DNA of 64,000 nucleotides from Escherichia coli O157:H7 (GTDB lineage Bacteria; Pseudomonadota; Gammaproteobacteria; Enterobacterales; Enterobacteriaceae): NCBI RefSeq assembly GCF_013167455.1, contig NZ_CP038328.1; one strand, 5' to 3'. Shown piece by piece: positions 61,920 to 64,000 of this stretch (position 1 is its first letter; each line of letters starts with the position of its first letter). The notes under the pieces were generated by a model. It saw only the letters and a program-made list of their open reading frames with translations, ran no database searches and was not told where the DNA came from. The position numbers and the translations under genes were made by a program.

Positions 61920-61980
61920 GGTAGCCTGAGTTTAACGGACACTCCTTCCTGAAATAGAATGGCATCAGAAGGAGCTAATA

Positions 61981-62322
61981 ATGAGCAGAAAAACCCAACG
62001 TTACTCTAAAGAGTTCAAAGCCGAAGCTGTCAGAACGGTTCTTGAAAATCAACTTTCGATCAGTGAAGGCGCTTCCCGATTATCTCTTCCTGAAGGCACT
62101 TTAGGACAATGGGTTACCGCCGCCAGAAAAGGGCTCGGTACTCCTGGTTCCCGCACGGTGGCTGAACTGGAATCTGAAATTCTGCAACTGCGTAAGGCGT
62201 TAAATGAAGCTCGCCTTGAGCGAGATATATTAAAAAAAGCAGCTGTAGATTCAATCTGTCAATGCAACACCCCTTTCAATTATCTCTTTCACTGCCCGCG
62301 ACGGTATCGGTTATCAGTTTGA
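61981..62322 (+). pseudogene. IS3-family transposase OrfA fragment
   Basis: MSRKTQRYSKEFKAEAVRTVLENQLSISEGASRLSLPEGTLGQWV...LERDILKKA typical of IS3-family OrfA; no OrfB follows. Confidence 0.55.
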
Positions 62323-62530
62323 CCTGCTGGCTAACGGTGAAACCGTACTGCGTGATGCATCCGGCGAAAAACGCATCAAGGGTGAAAAAGACGGTCGTAT
62401 GCTCATGAATGTTGGCCTGAATGCGGAAATTCGCGACAACATCCGCTTCGGTCTGGAGTTTGAAAAATCGGCATCTGGTAAGTACAACGTGGATAACGCG
62501 GTGAACGCCAACTTCCGTTATTCCTTCTGA
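62283..62530 (+). pseudogene. C-terminal fragment of an outer-membrane beta-barrel protein
   Basis: In-frame translation ends ...NAVNANFRYSF with terminal Phe; no N-terminus or signal peptide present. Confidence 0.35.
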
Positions 62531-62557
62531 TAAAAACAAGGGGCCGCCTGCCGGCCC
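62531..62557 (-). terminator. Rho-independent terminator downstream of ureG
   Basis: Minus strand reads GGGCCGGCAGGCGGCCCCTTGTTTTTA. Confidence 0.5.
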
Positions 62558-62577
62558 TGATACAGAGGATGTTGTGA

Positions 62578-63195
62578 TTACTTACCCAGCATGCCCTGCT
62601 CTTCGATAAAGGCGATGATGTTTTGCAGACCTTCACCACTTTTCAGGTTAGTGAACCCCCATGGGCGTTCTCCGCGCATACGTAAAGTATCACGCTCCAT
62701 TACCTCGAGGGAGGCGCCCACGTATGGTGCAAGGTCAGTTTTATTGATCACGAGGAAGTCGGATTTGGTGATCCCCGGACCGCCTTTACGCGGGATCTTT
62801 TCTCCTTCTGCCACATCTATGACATATATGGTAAGGTCCGCCAGTTCGGGGCTGAAGGTCGCACTCAGGTTGTCGCCGCCGCTTTCCACAAAGATCAGCT
62901 CGAGATTACCAAATTTCTCACTCAGTGCTTCCACGGCTGCCAGATTCATTGATGCGTCTTCACGAATGGCTGTATGAGGGCAGCCCCCCGTTTCGACACC
63001 GACAATGCGTTCCGCTTCCAGTGCTCCGGCCTCAGTGAGAATGCGTTGATCTTCTCTGGTGTAGATGTCGTTGGTGACTACGGCTAATTGCCAGGTGTCA
63101 CGCATGGATTTGCAGAGGGCTTCCAGAAGCGCGGTTTTACCTGAGCCGACCGGACCGCCGACGCCGACACGCAGCGGTTGCTTGATTATGTTCAT
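62578..63195 (-). CDS. ureG: Urease accessory GTPase UreG
   Basis: 205 aa; P-loop GGPVGSGKT, ...ESGGDNL... Confidence 0.9.
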   Translation of the reverse strand: MNIIKQPLRVGVGGPVGSGKTALLEALCKSMRDTWQLAVVTNDIYTREDQRILTEAGALEAERIVGVETGGCPHTAIREDASMNLAAVEALSEKFGNLELIFVESGGDNLSATFSPELADLTIYVIDVAEGEKIPRKGGPGITKSDFLVINKTDLAPYVGASLEVMERDTLRMRGERPWGFTNLKSGEGLQNIIAFIEEQGMLGK

Positions 63196-63206
63196 TTTAT
63201 TTTCTC

Positions 63207-63881
63207 CTAAGAACGGAATAATCGGGAATACTGGGTTTCATGTCGCGCGGAAGCGATAGATGCAAGTGGCGTTGCTGAACCAATTGCGTGATCCGGGGTT
63301 GCAAGGGCACTGTCCATGTTCGCCGCATAGCGGGCACACAGGCGCATAATTAACTGCTGGGCAGCCAGCTGGCCGTAGGGTACCAGCCTGACGCCCGCCA
63401 TCACTGCGCTTTCAATCCAGCTGTAGCCAAGGCTCAGGGCCAGGTCTGAAACGGATATTTGCCAGCGTACGCCGAGCCATGCCATACCGGTTAACTGGCT
63501 TTGCTGGCATAGTTTGCGCCATTCGGCCGGGCAGTCGGGCTGCCAGTCGACCAGAAGTCTGGTGAAGGCTGCACCGCGGTTACGTTCTTCATCGCGTAGC
63601 TCACGGGTTTCCCTGCAGGCCAGCAGATAAGCGGTCCAGCGCCCGGCACTGTCAGGATCGCCCGCTTCACAGGCCCGGTATAGCCGGGCAAGCAGTGGCA
63701 GGTCGACGGCAAAAAAACTCTGTTCCATCTGCAACTGCTGCCAGTGTTCAAAGGCGGCGCTATCTTCTACCCAGCCTGCTTCCACTGCCCACTCCAGTCC
63801 CTGGGACCAGCTGTAGCCTCCAACAGGGAGGCTGTTACTGGCAAGCTGCATCAGCCGCAGACGTTTTTCCGGAGTCGGCAT
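63207..63881 (-). CDS. ureF: Urease accessory protein UreF
   Basis: 224 aa, located between ureE and ureG. Confidence 0.85.
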   Translation of the reverse strand: MPTPEKRLRLMQLASNSLPVGGYSWSQGLEWAVEAGWVEDSAAFEHWQQLQMEQSFFAVDLPLLARLYRACEAGDPDSAGRWTAYLLACRETRELRDEERNRGAAFTRLLVDWQPDCPAEWRKLCQQSQLTGMAWLGVRWQISVSDLALSLGYSWIESAVMAGVRLVPYGQLAAQQLIMRLCARYAANMDSALATPDHAIGSATPLASIASARHETQYSRLFRS

Positions 63882-64000
63882 TCAGTGGCTGTGCTCCTGA
63901 TCGTGATTATGGGCGTGCGACTTGCTGGCGTAAGCGCCGGCTTCCGGCTCAAACGGAAGATGTGCAAAATCAACATCCAGCCCAAACTGGCGCAGCATAT
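63882..64000 (-). CDS. ureE: Urease accessory protein UreE, C-terminal part (5' end beyond window)
   Basis: Minus-strand translation ends ...HAHNHDQEHSH* directly before the ureF ATG. Confidence 0.7.
   Translation of the reverse strand, partial: MLRQFGLDVDFAHLPFEPEAGAYASKSHAHNHDQEHSH

Noticed and set aside
62276-62539. Two minus-strand ORFs (87 and 65 aa) downstream of ureG
   Set aside because: They are antisense to the outer-membrane-protein C-terminal fragment, whose frame ends in a canonical terminal Phe; no motifs.

Overview
This window reads as an Escherichia coli chromosome where a large mosaic genomic island begins immediately 3' of tRNA-Ser(GGA) (serX, flanked by core genes ycdY-ycdX-ghrA). 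The content resembles the serX/serW tellurite-urease-adherence islands of EHEC (OI-43/48, SpLE1-like), but that identification is from memory, not a database search. Island content in order: a CbtA/CbeA-type toxin-antitoxin block (DUF4942, YeeW, CbtA, CbeA, YeeT, RadC-like, KlcA-like antirestriction, DUF932); a three-gene dynamin-like GTPase / YjcZ-like / patatin-like phospholipase operon; an Ag43 (Cah-like) autotransporter with its three-GATC Dam/OxyR switch; a YeeP-family GTPase; IS debris; an IbrA/IbrB-like (PAPS-reductase-like + ParB-like) pair with two unknown genes; a split SF1 helicase-Vsr/DUF559 nuclease locus (Hhe-like); a truncated ShlB/CdiB-like gene; IS1; an IroB-like glycosyltransferase; an Iha-like TonB-dependent receptor; terZABCDE with a truncated terF; a divergent ter-linked operon (ATP-grasp, PRTase, HAD, StiP-like, HpcH/CitE-like, DUF4236, TerW); nested IS66-family elements with an 8-bp target duplication; a Hok-like small toxin ORF; an L31 type B paralog; and the end of the urease operon (ureE partial, ureF, ureG). 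The strongest candidates for an uncharacterised system are the dynamin/YjcZ/patatin operon and the helicase-nuclease plus IbrAB-like cluster. No CRISPR array or integrase was found. All calls rest on reading the six-frame translations and remembered family motifs; no searches were run.
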